Positions 8,563 to 17,837 of a DNA stretch of 64,000 nucleotides are shown piece by piece. The notes under the pieces were generated by a model. It was not told the origin of the DNA and did no database searches. It saw nothing but the letters and a program-made list of their open reading frames with translations. Made by a program: the position numbers and the translations under genes. Each line of letters opens with the position of its first letter. The first letter of the stretch is position 1. This stretch comes from Escherichia phage vB_EcoM_DE16: the sequence record OP595145.1, one strand, 5' to 3'.

Positions 8563-11235
8563 ATGTTTCCAATTCCAATATTTACTATTATGACCAGCAC
8601 TGGTGTCGTTCCTCTGCCAGCAGGTATTGTTAAAAAAGTAATTACTTTAGATTACCCAGATAACGCTGGTAATTCTAACAGCAGTTTAGCAATTTTGCTT
8701 AATGATGGTAGATTGTTTACTCAAGGCGCAAACCTCTTTGGTGAGATTGCAGATGGAACTCGTAGTGCACGATTCAATAATTTCCACTTAGCTTCTACTG
8801 TAGTAGCAGATGTGTTTACCGCAGATCGTTGTTTTGTTATTAAAACTAACAGTGGGGGATGGCAATATTCAGGATTGACAGCAGGGTTGGTAGGATCTAT
8901 AGCAGCAGGTGGTACGGATGCATGTGTAACTACTTGGACCAGCTTTCCATCTGTAATAACAGGGACTATTTCTTTAGCCAATCTTAAAGAGGTTAAAGGA
9001 GGGTATAACAATACTCTCTGGTTAATGAATAGTGGTGTTCTTTATGGATCGGGTCAAAACACAGTAGGCAGTTTAGGTGCAAGCACTACTAACGAAGTTT
9101 CTACTCCTCGTCAGATAACAAGCGCAGCAGTTGCTTTTGATGCAGGTTACAACCAATGCTCTTATGTCAACAATGTGGGAACCTTGCGTGTTTGTGGAGC
9201 TAGTAAAGGTTTAGCAGGTAATAATAACACAACAACCGCTTTTGTCAATGCCAAGATATCCACTACTGAAACAGTGTATGTCAAAGATTACATCAATACA
9301 GTTTCCCAGACAATAGTTGTAGGAGATACCTCCGGTGGTACGGGTACGGTAAACTACTTATATGTTAGGTCTAATACAGAAACAACCTACACTAAACTGG
9401 ACACCTTTGCAGCAGGTTTCTCAACATGGAAGTTTCCACCAAGCCGCCACTCTTTTTTCGTTGGGATCAATAATTCCTTGTGGGCTATTGGTAAGAACTA
9501 CACTGCAAACTTAGGTTTGGGGTATGATTCTGCGAGCGGAGATCCGCTTCAAGTGGGAAAACCAGTTAAACCTGAAGGAGTGGGTTCCTGGGATATAAAC
9601 AAGCTCACAAGCGTTCATACGCTGAATATGGATGTTACTAACCAATTAGGTTATCAAGGAACCTTTTTCGTTTATAACGGGGATATGTATTATTCCGGTA
9701 TTTGGAAAGATGGGAAAGCCTCGTATCTGTTCAATAGTGGTTTAAACTATAATAAATTCACACCAATAGCAAGCTCTGTGATTACAGGGGATGTGCTGGC
9801 AACTAGCTTAACTACAGATTCTTTAGGAATTTGTATTGTAGGTGGAACTAAACAGTTGACGCATTCTGTTAGCCCAGAAGGAGGTAAACTTTTCAATATT
9901 AAATACACTTCTTCTGCCCCTGCAAACATGACAATATCATCTACTGGTTTAATGACTTTCCATGCAGAAGGTGGTTTTGATGCAGGTATGACAGCCTTAA
10001 ACGCTGAAGGAACAACTTTATCAGATACCTCTGGAGGATATGCTTCAACATTAAGTGTTTACACCCCTAGCTTATCTGCGATGGATGTAGGAACAACACA
10101 AACAATGGTAGCAGAAATAACGCCAACAGGGGCAGCAAGCTTACCTGGTATGGTTGTTGAGTATACAACTACAGATCCTAATGTTGCTACAGTAGATCCT
10201 ACAACTGGTGTAATAACTGGTGTTGGTGATGGTGGTTGTAGAATTGGTTGCACAGCTACGTATCAAGGTGTTGTTACCGCTTCTGATAGTTCTTATTTAA
10301 CGGTGAACGCTGTTGCGGGAAAGGAGTTAGCTCCATCTCCGAGTAGTAGTTTAACGGTTCTAAACGGATATTTCAACCACTCGGCAGATGGGGCAATCAC
10401 GTTCCCAATTTTATCGGGTACTGTCACACCAGCTAACTTTGTAGTTAAGGTGGATGACGTTGTAATACCTTCAAATAAAGTAATATTTAGAAATAAAGCT
10501 TTCTCTACAGTGGATAGTTATCCAGCAGGAGAATATAGACTGGCTATTGAATTTGCAAGTGCTTCAGTAGTGAATAGTGTTGATGTGTCTATGGAAGCAA
10601 ATCCAGATCTTTTAGAATTATGGGGCGGCAACAGAATTGGTTATTCTACAAGCCCAGCCTCACAATTCTTAAAAGGTTGTGCTAACTTAAGACGAATAAC
10701 TTCTGATTGTTTTAGTAACACATCTTACACCGGAACATCTATAAGTGGTATCTTCTCTGGCTGTACAAGTTTGACAGCTATCCCTGAAGGATTATTCAGT
10801 GATGCTTTATTTCCTTCAATGACAACAATGTCAAGCACGTTTGAAGGTTGTACATCTTTAACATCTATTCCTTCAGATTTATTTAAGAATCTGTCAAAAG
10901 TTACAAGATATTCTTACACCTTTAAAGATTGCACCTCTCTTGCAGAAGTTCCAGCAGGAATGTTTGATAATATTCCAACGAAAGTGACCTCTTTAACAGC
11001 TACATTCCAAGGTTGTTTAGCACTTACAGATTTTAATAAAATCTTTAATGACAATCCAGGGTTAACTGTTTGTGGTAAACGTGGATCATTATCTTCTTTC
11101 TTTAGTGGATGCACAAATCTTACAGGAACAGGAACAACATTAACAAATACATTAGGCGGAGTAGCTAATAGTTACCTATTCAGGTATTGCACAAAACTTT
11201 CTGATTATAATAATATTCCTTCGGGTTATAAATAA
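8563..11235 (+). CDS. tail fiber / receptor-binding protein with Ig-like segment and C-terminal BspA-type LRR-like repeats
   Basis: 890 aa; GGAGGG RBS; C-terminal ~200 aa carry at least 5 copies of F-x-G-C-T-S/N-L-T-x-I/V-P-x-x-L/M-F. Confidence 0.5.
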   Translation: MFPIPIFTIMTSTGVVPLPAGIVKKVITLDYPDNAGNSNSSLAILLNDGRLFTQGANLFGEIADGTRSARFNNFHLASTVVADVFTADRCFVIKTNSGGWQYSGLTAGLVGSIAAGGTDACVTTWTSFPSVITGTISLANLKEVKGGYNNTLWLMNSGVLYGSGQNTVGSLGASTTNEVSTPRQITSAAVAFDAGYNQCSYVNNVGTLRVCGASKGLAGNNNTTTAFVNAKISTTETVYVKDYINTVSQTIVVGDTSGGTGTVNYLYVRSNTETTYTKLDTFAAGFSTWKFPPSRHSFFVGINNSLWAIGKNYTANLGLGYDSASGDPLQVGKPVKPEGVGSWDINKLTSVHTLNMDVTNQLGYQGTFFVYNGDMYYSGIWKDGKASYLFNSGLNYNKFTPIASSVITGDVLATSLTTDSLGICIVGGTKQLTHSVSPEGGKLFNIKYTSSAPANMTISSTGLMTFHAEGGFDAGMTALNAEGTTLSDTSGGYASTLSVYTPSLSAMDVGTTQTMVAEITPTGAASLPGMVVEYTTTDPNVATVDPTTGVITGVGDGGCRIGCTATYQGVVTASDSSYLTVNAVAGKELAPSPSSSLTVLNGYFNHSADGAITFPILSGTVTPANFVVKVDDVVIPSNKVIFRNKAFSTVDSYPAGEYRLAIEFASASVVNSVDVSMEANPDLLELWGGNRIGYSTSPASQFLKGCANLRRITSDCFSNTSYTGTSISGIFSGCTSLTAIPEGLFSDALFPSMTTMSSTFEGCTSLTSIPSDLFKNLSKVTRYSYTFKDCTSLAEVPAGMFDNIPTKVTSLTATFQGCLALTDFNKIFNDNPGLTVCGKRGSLSSFFSGCTNLTGTGTTLTNTLGGVANSYLFRYCTKLSDYNNIPSGYK

Positions 11236-11237
11236 GA

Positions 11238-11266
11238 AAAGGAGCCATTTGGCTCCTTTCTTTTAT
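11238..11266. terminator. bidirectional rho-independent terminator between convergent gene blocks
   Basis: AAAGGAGCC-ATTT-GGCTCCTTT hairpin flanked by A-run and T-run; lies between plus-strand stop (11235) and minus-strand stop (11300). Confidence 0.65.
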
Positions 11267-11299
11267 TCAGCATTCAACCTCACACACTTGAAACAAACC

Positions 11300-12232
11300 T
11301 TAGAAGCAATGCAGGAAGTTTCGACCATATTGCAGTCCAATAGGAGCAAATGGAATATCATCGTCGAAGTCCATTGGAGGTTCTTCTTGATTACTTGGAG
11401 TTGGTTCTGGTTGTGGTTCAGGCTTCTTAACTTCTTTCTTCTCTTCTTTCTTAGGTTGTTCTGCGGAACCACGAATGGCAGCAGCAACTTTATCAGACAG
11501 AGCCAGAACTTTACGAGCAGAGTCAATCAGATCTTCTACAGATACAGTCTTAATGGTATGGTCTTTACAAGCATTGAGAATAGCGTGACCAACAGATGCC
11601 CCAAGATCATAATCATTAATATCAACGCCACGAGATTCAGCAATTTCCGATTTCAGCGTGACAGTTGCAGATTGAACAACCCCAGCGATATCGAAAGCAT
11701 CACCTTTAACACCATTACGAATCAGTTCCAGTGCACCATTTACTGCGTGACCAGTTTCCAGACCTACAGTATCACGTTTTTTATAGGACTGCTTAGGAGC
11801 AGCATCGTTGGAACCTTTATTGCCAGAAGATTTGTTAGACTTCTGAACACCATCGGTAGACAATACTGTAATACGAGATTTTTTAGTATTGTAGTAAGTT
11901 TTACCGCCTTTATTATCAACGCGATCAATATCAATACTTACTTCTACACCTTTTTCAATAGTGATCCAATTATCACCTTCTTTGACTTGCAGGTTTTCAT
12001 AACCTTCTTTCAGTTCAATGTCACCAAGAGAAATCCAAACACCTTTCTCATCTGGTTTAGCACCTTTCTCTTTCAGAACAAGAGAAGCTCGGTGAGTTGA
12101 AACAATCGTTTTTCCTTCCCAATGAAAAGTTTTAGGTTCAGCGAATTTATCCAGTTTAACGTAGTCTACGATACCAGTTGCATAAGTTACGGTTTTGCCT
12201 TTACGATCAGTTTCAGTATTAATTACGGACAT
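11300..12232 (-). CDS. SSB-like protein carrying an E. coli SSB C-terminal tip motif (PMDFDDDIPF) followed by a 15-aa extension
   Basis: 310 aa; AGAGGAG RBS; acidic Pro/Glu-rich linker then MDFDDDIPF; N-terminal domain not recognisable by eye. Confidence 0.45.
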   Translation of the reverse strand: MSVINTETDRKGKTVTYATGIVDYVKLDKFAEPKTFHWEGKTIVSTHRASLVLKEKGAKPDEKGVWISLGDIELKEGYENLQVKEGDNWITIEKGVEVSIDIDRVDNKGGKTYYNTKKSRITVLSTDGVQKSNKSSGNKGSNDAAPKQSYKKRDTVGLETGHAVNGALELIRNGVKGDAFDIAGVVQSATVTLKSEIAESRGVDINDYDLGASVGHAILNACKDHTIKTVSVEDLIDSARKVLALSDKVAAAIRGSAEQPKKEEKKEVKKPEPQPEPTPSNQEEPPMDFDDDIPFAPIGLQYGRNFLHCF

Positions 12233-12248
12233 TATTATCTCCTCTACA

Positions 12249-12641
12249 TTACATTAATTTTGCACAGAAAGAACGGAGTCTTTCCATATCATCTTGCTCT
12301 AACAGGTATTTACCTTTACCTATTCCAACTCCAATTTCACCATTAGGAAAATGAACTATTTGCACTGGGAAACCTCCGAGTTTAATTGTGGCAGCTTTGC
12401 CTTCTTCGTCTATAACGTTTCGGATTGTATCTTGCAGTGAAATGAATTCTTTGTTTGTAACGGTGGTTTCAATTATTTCAGATGTTTCAACACGAGCAGT
12501 TAGCTTCTTGTTTCCACCTTGAATAACCAAAATTTGAAAATAAAAAGAGTTGTCAAGACCTACAACATTTTTCTCAACTAGTGTCAAACTGGTATAGTTT
12601 CCATAAACAGTTTCAACAGCTATCTTAGAACGTTCAGTCAT
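12249..12641 (-). CDS. hypothetical protein
   Basis: 130 aa ORF with ATG start, tightly packed in the minus-strand operon. Confidence 0.4.
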   Translation of the reverse strand: MTERSKIAVETVYGNYTSLTLVEKNVVGLDNSFYFQILVIQGGNKKLTARVETSEIIETTVTNKEFISLQDTIRNVIDEEGKAATIKLGGFPVQIVHFPNGEIGVGIGKGKYLLEQDDMERLRSFCAKLM

Positions 12642-12686
12642 TGAATGCTATCCTATCATAAAATGTTTAATATTGTCAAGCTTTAA

Positions 12687-13280
12687 TTACCAAGGAATAT
12701 CATCTTCTTCCAATCTGGTATCTACTTGAGGTGGACGTGGAACCTTAACCTCTTTCACAAAACGAAGATATGGGAAACGTGTAGCAATTTTAATAACATG
12801 TTTGGCATCTTCTCTAACATCTTTGTGCAAGAAGCAGATCCCTGTTTCCAAGGTTGTTTCAAAATCTTCAGAATAATAACAATCCTTCCCATCAAATGCA
12901 GCCTGGCAGATGGACAGATCGAACTCATTTAGAAAGGTTGTCATTACGCTTGTTTCCATAATCATAAGGTTGCAAAGCTGACCATCACGTTCAAACTCAA
13001 AAACGTGTTTAAGACCAGTAACACCTTCATAATTGTCAGAAGCCTCTTTGTTTCCTAGTTTACGAATATTGGTTCCCATTAAAGCAGATGCAATTAATCC
13101 TTGTATTTGTTCTTCAGTCCGATGTGCAGGAAGGGATGTATAGAAATCCAGATCACGTCCAGCAATATCAAGAATACGCCAATCACGAACAGCACCGCCA
13201 GCCAAGACAGAATTAGGATCAGCGATCTTTAATACGGTAAGAATCTCTTTGGCAATATTGATTTGTTTTGATTTAGTCAT
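12687..13280 (-). CDS. nucleotidyltransferase-fold-like protein with SSB-tip-like acidic C-terminus (EEDDIPW)
   Basis: 197 aa; GG-x13-DLD arrangement (LAGGAVRDWRILDIAGRDLDF) compatible with pol-beta-type NTase; true C-terminus is ...LEEDDIPW. Confidence 0.4.
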   Translation of the reverse strand: MTKSKQINIAKEILTVLKIADPNSVLAGGAVRDWRILDIAGRDLDFYTSLPAHRTEEQIQGLIASALMGTNIRKLGNKEASDNYEGVTGLKHVFEFERDGQLCNLMIMETSVMTTFLNEFDLSICQAAFDGKDCYYSEDFETTLETGICFLHKDVREDAKHVIKIATRFPYLRFVKEVKVPRPPQVDTRLEEDDIPW

Positions 13281-13491
13281 TGATACGCTCCACAGTTACT
13301 TTTACAACATCGTCCATATTAATCTCATCCCCCAAGACCTCAATAACACCTTCCTCATAAAGTCGAGCACATTCTTCCCACACTTCAGCTTCCGTCATTC
13401 CACCTGCAATCTTATTTGCAAGACCTTTAATAACATCTTCATTTTGTTCATCAATAAGAATTGAAACATTAAAGCTCACTAATTTACGCAT
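13273..13491 (-). CDS. hypothetical protein
   Basis: 72 aa; AAGGAG RBS 6 nt upstream of ATG. Confidence 0.4.
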   Translation of the reverse strand: MRKLVSFNVSILIDEQNEDVIKGLANKIAGGMTEAEVWEECARLYEEGVIEVLGDEINMDDVVKVTVERIND

Positions 13492-13501
13492 TGTTTTCTC
13501 C

Positions 13502-13669
13502 TTATACTTCTAAACGGAAAGTTTCTTTAGATACAAAATCGTATCCACCTTTTTCAAGCCAGTCATTGTAAACCTCATCAGCTTGAGACTCTATCATAAA
13601 ATACCGAGTGGTAACTTCGTCTCCGACAATACGCACAATTTTATAGCAAATCATGATACCATTTCCCAT
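13502..13669 (-). CDS. hypothetical small protein (55 aa), not in supplied ORF track
   Basis: ATG overlaps upstream stop (TAATG); GAGGAAG RBS; translated by hand to MGNGIMICYKIVRIVGDEVTTRYFMIESQADEVYNDWLEKGGYDFVSKETFRLEV. Confidence 0.35.
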   Translation of the reverse strand: MGNGIMICYKIVRIVGDEVTTRYFMIESQADEVYNDWLEKGGYDFVSKETFRLEV

Positions 13670-13860
13670 TAATCTTCCTCCAGATCAATTTCATTATAAC
13701 AATGTATACAGAAACCATCATTGTGCATATGTTGTTCATAAGACATATCTTTACCACAAGACCAACAACGGATATCCCCATCGTCCCATTCACGTTCTTC
13801 TTCGCCTTCAAATTCATCTGGTAGGTAAGGCATACCAAAATAATCTAAATCGTAACTCAT
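13669..13860 (-). CDS. small zinc-ribbon protein (CxxC...CxxC)
   Basis: Track ORF 13669..13965 trimmed to the internal ATG at 13860 preceded by AGGAG; CWSCG...CIHC pairs; the longer version would run through the polymerase terminator hairpin. Confidence 0.4.
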   Translation of the reverse strand: MSYDLDYFGMPYLPDEFEGEEEREWDDGDIRCWSCGKDMSYEQHMHNDGFCIHCYNEIDLEED

Positions 13861-13873
13861 ATCTTCTCCTATA

Positions 13874-13891
13874 AAGGGGCAGAAGCCCCTT
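13874..13891 (-). terminator. intergenic GC hairpin after the DNA polymerase gene
   Basis: AAGGGGC-AGAA-GCCCCTT stem-loop; weak U-tract. Confidence 0.35.
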
Positions 13892-13909
13892 ATAAAACAA
13901 TACGTTAGA

Positions 13910-16507
13910 TCAATGACAGGATGCCCAGGAATTACCCACATCATATCCGGCAGTAAGCTGAACATTAAGATTGTAAAATTCTCCAGCCTTAGTAACAGCT
14001 AAGGCAGCAAGTTCACCTGCCCGACTATAGGCTGTAAACCATCCACCTTTGGGAGATTCATGAATGTTAGCCCAAATTTGCCCTGTCTCTTTTTCCTTAT
14101 TATGCTTCCATTCTTCGACTTTAGCAAGGCATTCTTTATCAATTTTCTTTTGTTCTTCAGGATCGTCTACTTTCTTCCAACCTAATGATTCAGGTGAAAA
14201 CCATTTGAATTCTACAAGGTTACGAGAAACTTCAAGCTGGGCTTCATCGTGGTATGCAATCATTTGTTGCACGAAGTCTTTATTCTTCCAATCATCTTTA
14301 AAGAAGTCAACACTTAGTCCTTCTTCTTCGATCATGTCGTCATAAATAACCATTGCACGTTTAGCACAGATAACCCCACCACTTTGGAACAGAGAGTTAA
14401 GAATCGCGTGAGCAGAACGAGTAGGAACCTTACGACCGTCAATACCCAAAACATATTGTTTACCAGTCTTAACCCAGAAATCGTTTAAACGTTCTTTAAG
14501 ACGCGCCAATGGGAATGCAGCTTCCCAGAAAGCATCGAACACCAATTGACCTGTAAACTTATCGCTACCAATTGTTTTAGCAACCTTGTCGGCTTGTGCA
14601 CCATAGGTAATACCATACTTAACAGATTTAGCAGGACTACGTTCAAATTTACGTCCAATAGTTTCAGTGATACGTTTTGCCATCATTGTGTGAACATCAT
14701 TAGGTTTCTCTAACAACAGGGCGTTACAATACTCGTGTGGCTCCGGCTCGTACCGCCAACAGTAGTGTGATTCAATTTTTGCTTCCAAAGAGTCGAAGTC
14801 GTAGCCGATCTGGAAGTATTTAGGAACCTCCACACCAAACAAGTTACGCATCTCCCATCCAAACAAAGATGTGACACGAGGAATATTAGCTACAGACCTA
14901 TGCTTCATACGCGAGGTTGCAGCATCACATGTAGCGGCTGGGGTAGGAATACGCCCATCCGCCCTTACTGCGGCTAAGAAACCTTTATCGTATTCTTGAT
15001 CTTCTTCATCTTCTTCCCAATCAGCACCGCCACCTAAAATAGAGTTCCTACGATGTTTATACGTTAAGTATTCTACAATCTGTGTAGCATAAGGGAATTT
15101 CTCACCCAAAGCTTGCAGGTTAGGACAGATTTCTTTTTCCTGACCTTTGGTAAAGCATGGGTTAGTCAATACTTTAAGACCGCGACCTTTACCTTTTGCT
15201 ATACGCTCTTGAATCTTCCTTTCCAAAGTTTCCGGTGTGCACTCCAGATGATCACAACGATCCTGACAAAAATTAGAAGATAGAGTTTGCTCAACGTAAG
15301 CTCGAATACCTTTCTGAAGTTCTTCCTCGCTCTTTTTAATCTTGGTGCCAGATTTAAGAGTCAAGTCTTTATCTTTATATTCAGACGGTACCCAACCTAA
15401 TCCTACAAGCCAGTTTTTAATATGGGTAGTATCGTTCAATGTTGCAGGGATGTTAGGATCACACAAAGGCTCATCTGCTGCAACTGGCAGTTTCCACTCT
15501 TTCCCCAACATCACTAACCACCAATCTCCATCCCTCTCTTCCAAATGACCATCATGTTTCTTAGCAAAATTGATCATATGGTTAGTTGGCTCTAAGTTCT
15601 TTTTAATTTGCAACTTAGGTGGAATAAAAGCCTTAAGATAACCTTTTGTTGCTGGTTTAGGTGGCAAAATAGGCTCAACGAGTAAACGAAGACGCTCCAT
15701 TTCTGCATCCAAAAAAGCAAGGTTCTCTTCTGCTTGCTTCATGTTAAAAGCAAACCCACGGTGTTCCTGGCGTGTAATAATGTCTGCTACACGTTGTTCA
15801 AGTTCAAATGGACCTTCCCATTTATCATAATCACCCCATTCTTCCATAAGGTAATTATATACGCTCGTATTGGCTTTGTTGTCATAGATACAGTAATAAA
15901 GCATATCAGCAGCAAAAGTCTTAAATCGATCTTCTTCTGGAATCTCTTTACGGAAATCTATTTTTACATCACCCCCTGCCTTTCGAGAAAGTGCTGCCAA
16001 ACTATGTCCTGATTTGCCTTCAATCTTTCGATCTGGGTTTAACACTTTACTCAAAATCAAGGAGTCAATAAGTTTTACCTTATTTTTGCCCCACGTATTA
16101 TATTTAACACTGTAATCTAAGCCATAAAACAGTTTTGTAGCCAACCAGTCATAGTTGATACCGTTGTGAGCCACAGCCATTTCAACCAGATATTCAGGCT
16201 TATCTTTAAAATAACCTTCATGATTAATAAAGTCTGGGAAATCTTTTAGTTGAAAATGTGTGTAATCTTGCGCCACATACTCTTTAAGAACATATGTGTA
16301 TTTACCATCTGACTCTTCATAAGGACGCCCATCAAAGATGTATTTAGGGCCATCGTGGAAAGCTACTATTTCTCCTGTTTCATGGTTCTCTAAGACAATA
16401 CAGTGCATTTGAAATGTGTCTTTGAGACGATAAGGACTAGCTAAATAATCGATAGTGTCATTATTCAACAATCCGTTTGCTTCAATATCCCATGTAAACT
16501 TACTCAC
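13910..16507 (-). CDS. DNA polymerase, family A, T7 gp5-like, with N-terminal 3'-5' exonuclease
   Basis: 865 aa; N-terminus MSKFTWDIEANGLL mirrors T7 gp5 MIVSDIEANALL (Exo I); motif B-like ERSPAKSVKYGITYG; motif C YHDE; C-terminus ...NSWASCH like T7 ...PNWAICH; GTG start after AGGAGG, overlapping upstream stop (TAGTG). Confidence 0.85.
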   Translation of the reverse strand: MSKFTWDIEANGLLNNDTIDYLASPYRLKDTFQMHCIVLENHETGEIVAFHDGPKYIFDGRPYEESDGKYTYVLKEYVAQDYTHFQLKDFPDFINHEGYFKDKPEYLVEMAVAHNGINYDWLATKLFYGLDYSVKYNTWGKNKVKLIDSLILSKVLNPDRKIEGKSGHSLAALSRKAGGDVKIDFRKEIPEEDRFKTFAADMLYYCIYDNKANTSVYNYLMEEWGDYDKWEGPFELEQRVADIITRQEHRGFAFNMKQAEENLAFLDAEMERLRLLVEPILPPKPATKGYLKAFIPPKLQIKKNLEPTNHMINFAKKHDGHLEERDGDWWLVMLGKEWKLPVAADEPLCDPNIPATLNDTTHIKNWLVGLGWVPSEYKDKDLTLKSGTKIKKSEEELQKGIRAYVEQTLSSNFCQDRCDHLECTPETLERKIQERIAKGKGRGLKVLTNPCFTKGQEKEICPNLQALGEKFPYATQIVEYLTYKHRRNSILGGGADWEEDEEDQEYDKGFLAAVRADGRIPTPAATCDAATSRMKHRSVANIPRVTSLFGWEMRNLFGVEVPKYFQIGYDFDSLEAKIESHYCWRYEPEPHEYCNALLLEKPNDVHTMMAKRITETIGRKFERSPAKSVKYGITYGAQADKVAKTIGSDKFTGQLVFDAFWEAAFPLARLKERLNDFWVKTGKQYVLGIDGRKVPTRSAHAILNSLFQSGGVICAKRAMVIYDDMIEEEGLSVDFFKDDWKNKDFVQQMIAYHDEAQLEVSRNLVEFKWFSPESLGWKKVDDPEEQKKIDKECLAKVEEWKHNKEKETGQIWANIHESPKGGWFTAYSRAGELAALAVTKAGEFYNLNVQLTAGYDVGNSWASCH

Positions 16508-17301
16508 TATTCCTCCTTTCTAATGTTCTCCAGAACCCACTGAAGTTCTTTTAAACTTAAACTTCTTACTCCCGCAGTTTTACTAGCTTCAGCTTTAAGT
16601 AACGGGTAAGCCTCAATGATACGCGTTTTAAGATCAGAAGTCAAGGCTTTTAAAAAATAGGTAGATGCTTCAGATAAAGAATCTTCTTCTGATAACACTT
16701 TACCTGCACTTGCTCCCGCTCTCCTAACGGCTATATCGTAGTCTTTACTGTTACCTAATACGAATAGTCGATTCTCTCCTAAAACAACGGGAGAACGCTT
16801 CTCGTTGCGTTTAATCCATATCTGGAATACACAAGGAACATCCCAAGGTTCTCCATGAAGAATAAAAGATCCTTTTGGACATTCTTCTTCGTAAAGAAGA
16901 TGCATATGGGGATTTAGTTTGTGTGCAAAAAAGATTTTTTGAAATGTGCGAGGCAAGATAAAACAAATACCACCTTCGTTATCCAGCATTTCAGCACAAT
17001 GGTTAAAGAATTTAATGGCAAGACTAGCATTTTTTCCAAATGGAGGATTACCGACAAAAGCAGTTACACTACCAACAGACTCAACAGATTGAGCTAAAAA
17101 ATCTGCCTCAATACAATCTTCAAACTTAGGGTCAATATCAAAAGAAGTTATGTTTTTAAAACAAGAAGAGAAAGCTCCTTCTCCCGCAGATGGTTCTACG
17201 TAGTTAGCTTCCTCTCCAAAAATTTCTTTGATCTTATCACATAAGAACCCCGCATAAGCGGGGTTAGTGTAATATTGATCAAGTGTGTTCAACTTGCTCA
17301 A
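16507..17301 (-). CDS. N6-adenine DNA methyltransferase-like protein
   Basis: 264 aa; motif I-like VEPSAGEGAF then motif IV GNPPFG; TTG start after AAGGAGG; stop overlaps polymerase start. Confidence 0.6.
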   Translation of the reverse strand: MSKLNTLDQYYTNPAYAGFLCDKIKEIFGEEANYVEPSAGEGAFSSCFKNITSFDIDPKFEDCIEADFLAQSVESVGSVTAFVGNPPFGKNASLAIKFFNHCAEMLDNEGGICFILPRTFQKIFFAHKLNPHMHLLYEEECPKGSFILHGEPWDVPCVFQIWIKRNEKRSPVVLGENRLFVLGNSKDYDIAVRRAGASAGKVLSEEDSLSEASTYFLKALTSDLKTRIIEAYPLLKAEASKTAGVRSLSLKELQWVLENIRKEE

Positions 17302-17310
17302 TAGTCCTCC

Positions 17311-17742
17311 TTAGTTGTTAGCGAACTCAATAGTGAGGTCCACTTTACCATCATCAGAAATAACCATGTTTTTGGTATTTTTAAAGATGATATCTACTTT
17401 ACCTTCACTTACACGACAGAATGCAACACCATCTGCAACTTTATCAATATAATATTTGTAAGAAAGAATACCCACTTTACTACGACCAGCACCTTTTGTG
17501 AAAGAAGGGCTTACATCGAAACGGAAACCTTTAGAAGAAACAACACGGTAAGAACGTCCAGTTGGGATATGTTCAATAACAGAGACATTGTTCTCAACAA
17601 CTTTTACAGCAAACTCTTCAGGATGATCCTCAACAATCATGTGCGGAATGGCAAATGCCAACGCTTGTTTGTGTTTAATAACACCAGCACCCAGAGCACC
17701 AGCAGCTTTAACTTTTGCATTCAGATCGATTGTCATACGCAT
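17311..17742 (-). CDS. hypothetical protein
   Basis: 143 aa; GAGGAG RBS before ATG. Confidence 0.4.
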   Translation of the reverse strand: MRMTIDLNAKVKAAGALGAGVIKHKQALAFAIPHMIVEDHPEEFAVKVVENNVSVIEHIPTGRSYRVVSSKGFRFDVSPSFTKGAGRSKVGILSYKYYIDKVADGVAFCRVSEGKVDIIFKNTKNMVISDDGKVDLTIEFANN

Positions 17743-17811
17743 TTTTACTTCTCCTCTTGTTTGGTTGATGAGACAAGTATAAGTCCCTTCCGCAAAGTTG
17801 TCAACAGGTAT

Positions 17812-17837
17812 TTTTAATAAAAGGGCCGAAGCCCTTA
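17812..17837 (-). terminator. rho-independent terminator after primase-helicase gene
   Basis: AAGGGC-CGAA-GCCCTT hairpin followed on the minus strand by TTTTATTAAAAAT; includes the stop codon. Confidence 0.6.

Noticed and set aside
11249-12100. Track ORF of 283 aa on the plus strand opposite the SSB-like gene
   Set aside because: Antisense to a gene with a strong RBS and recognisable motif; its translation is Phe/Leu/Asn-rich low complexity; starts inside the bidirectional terminator
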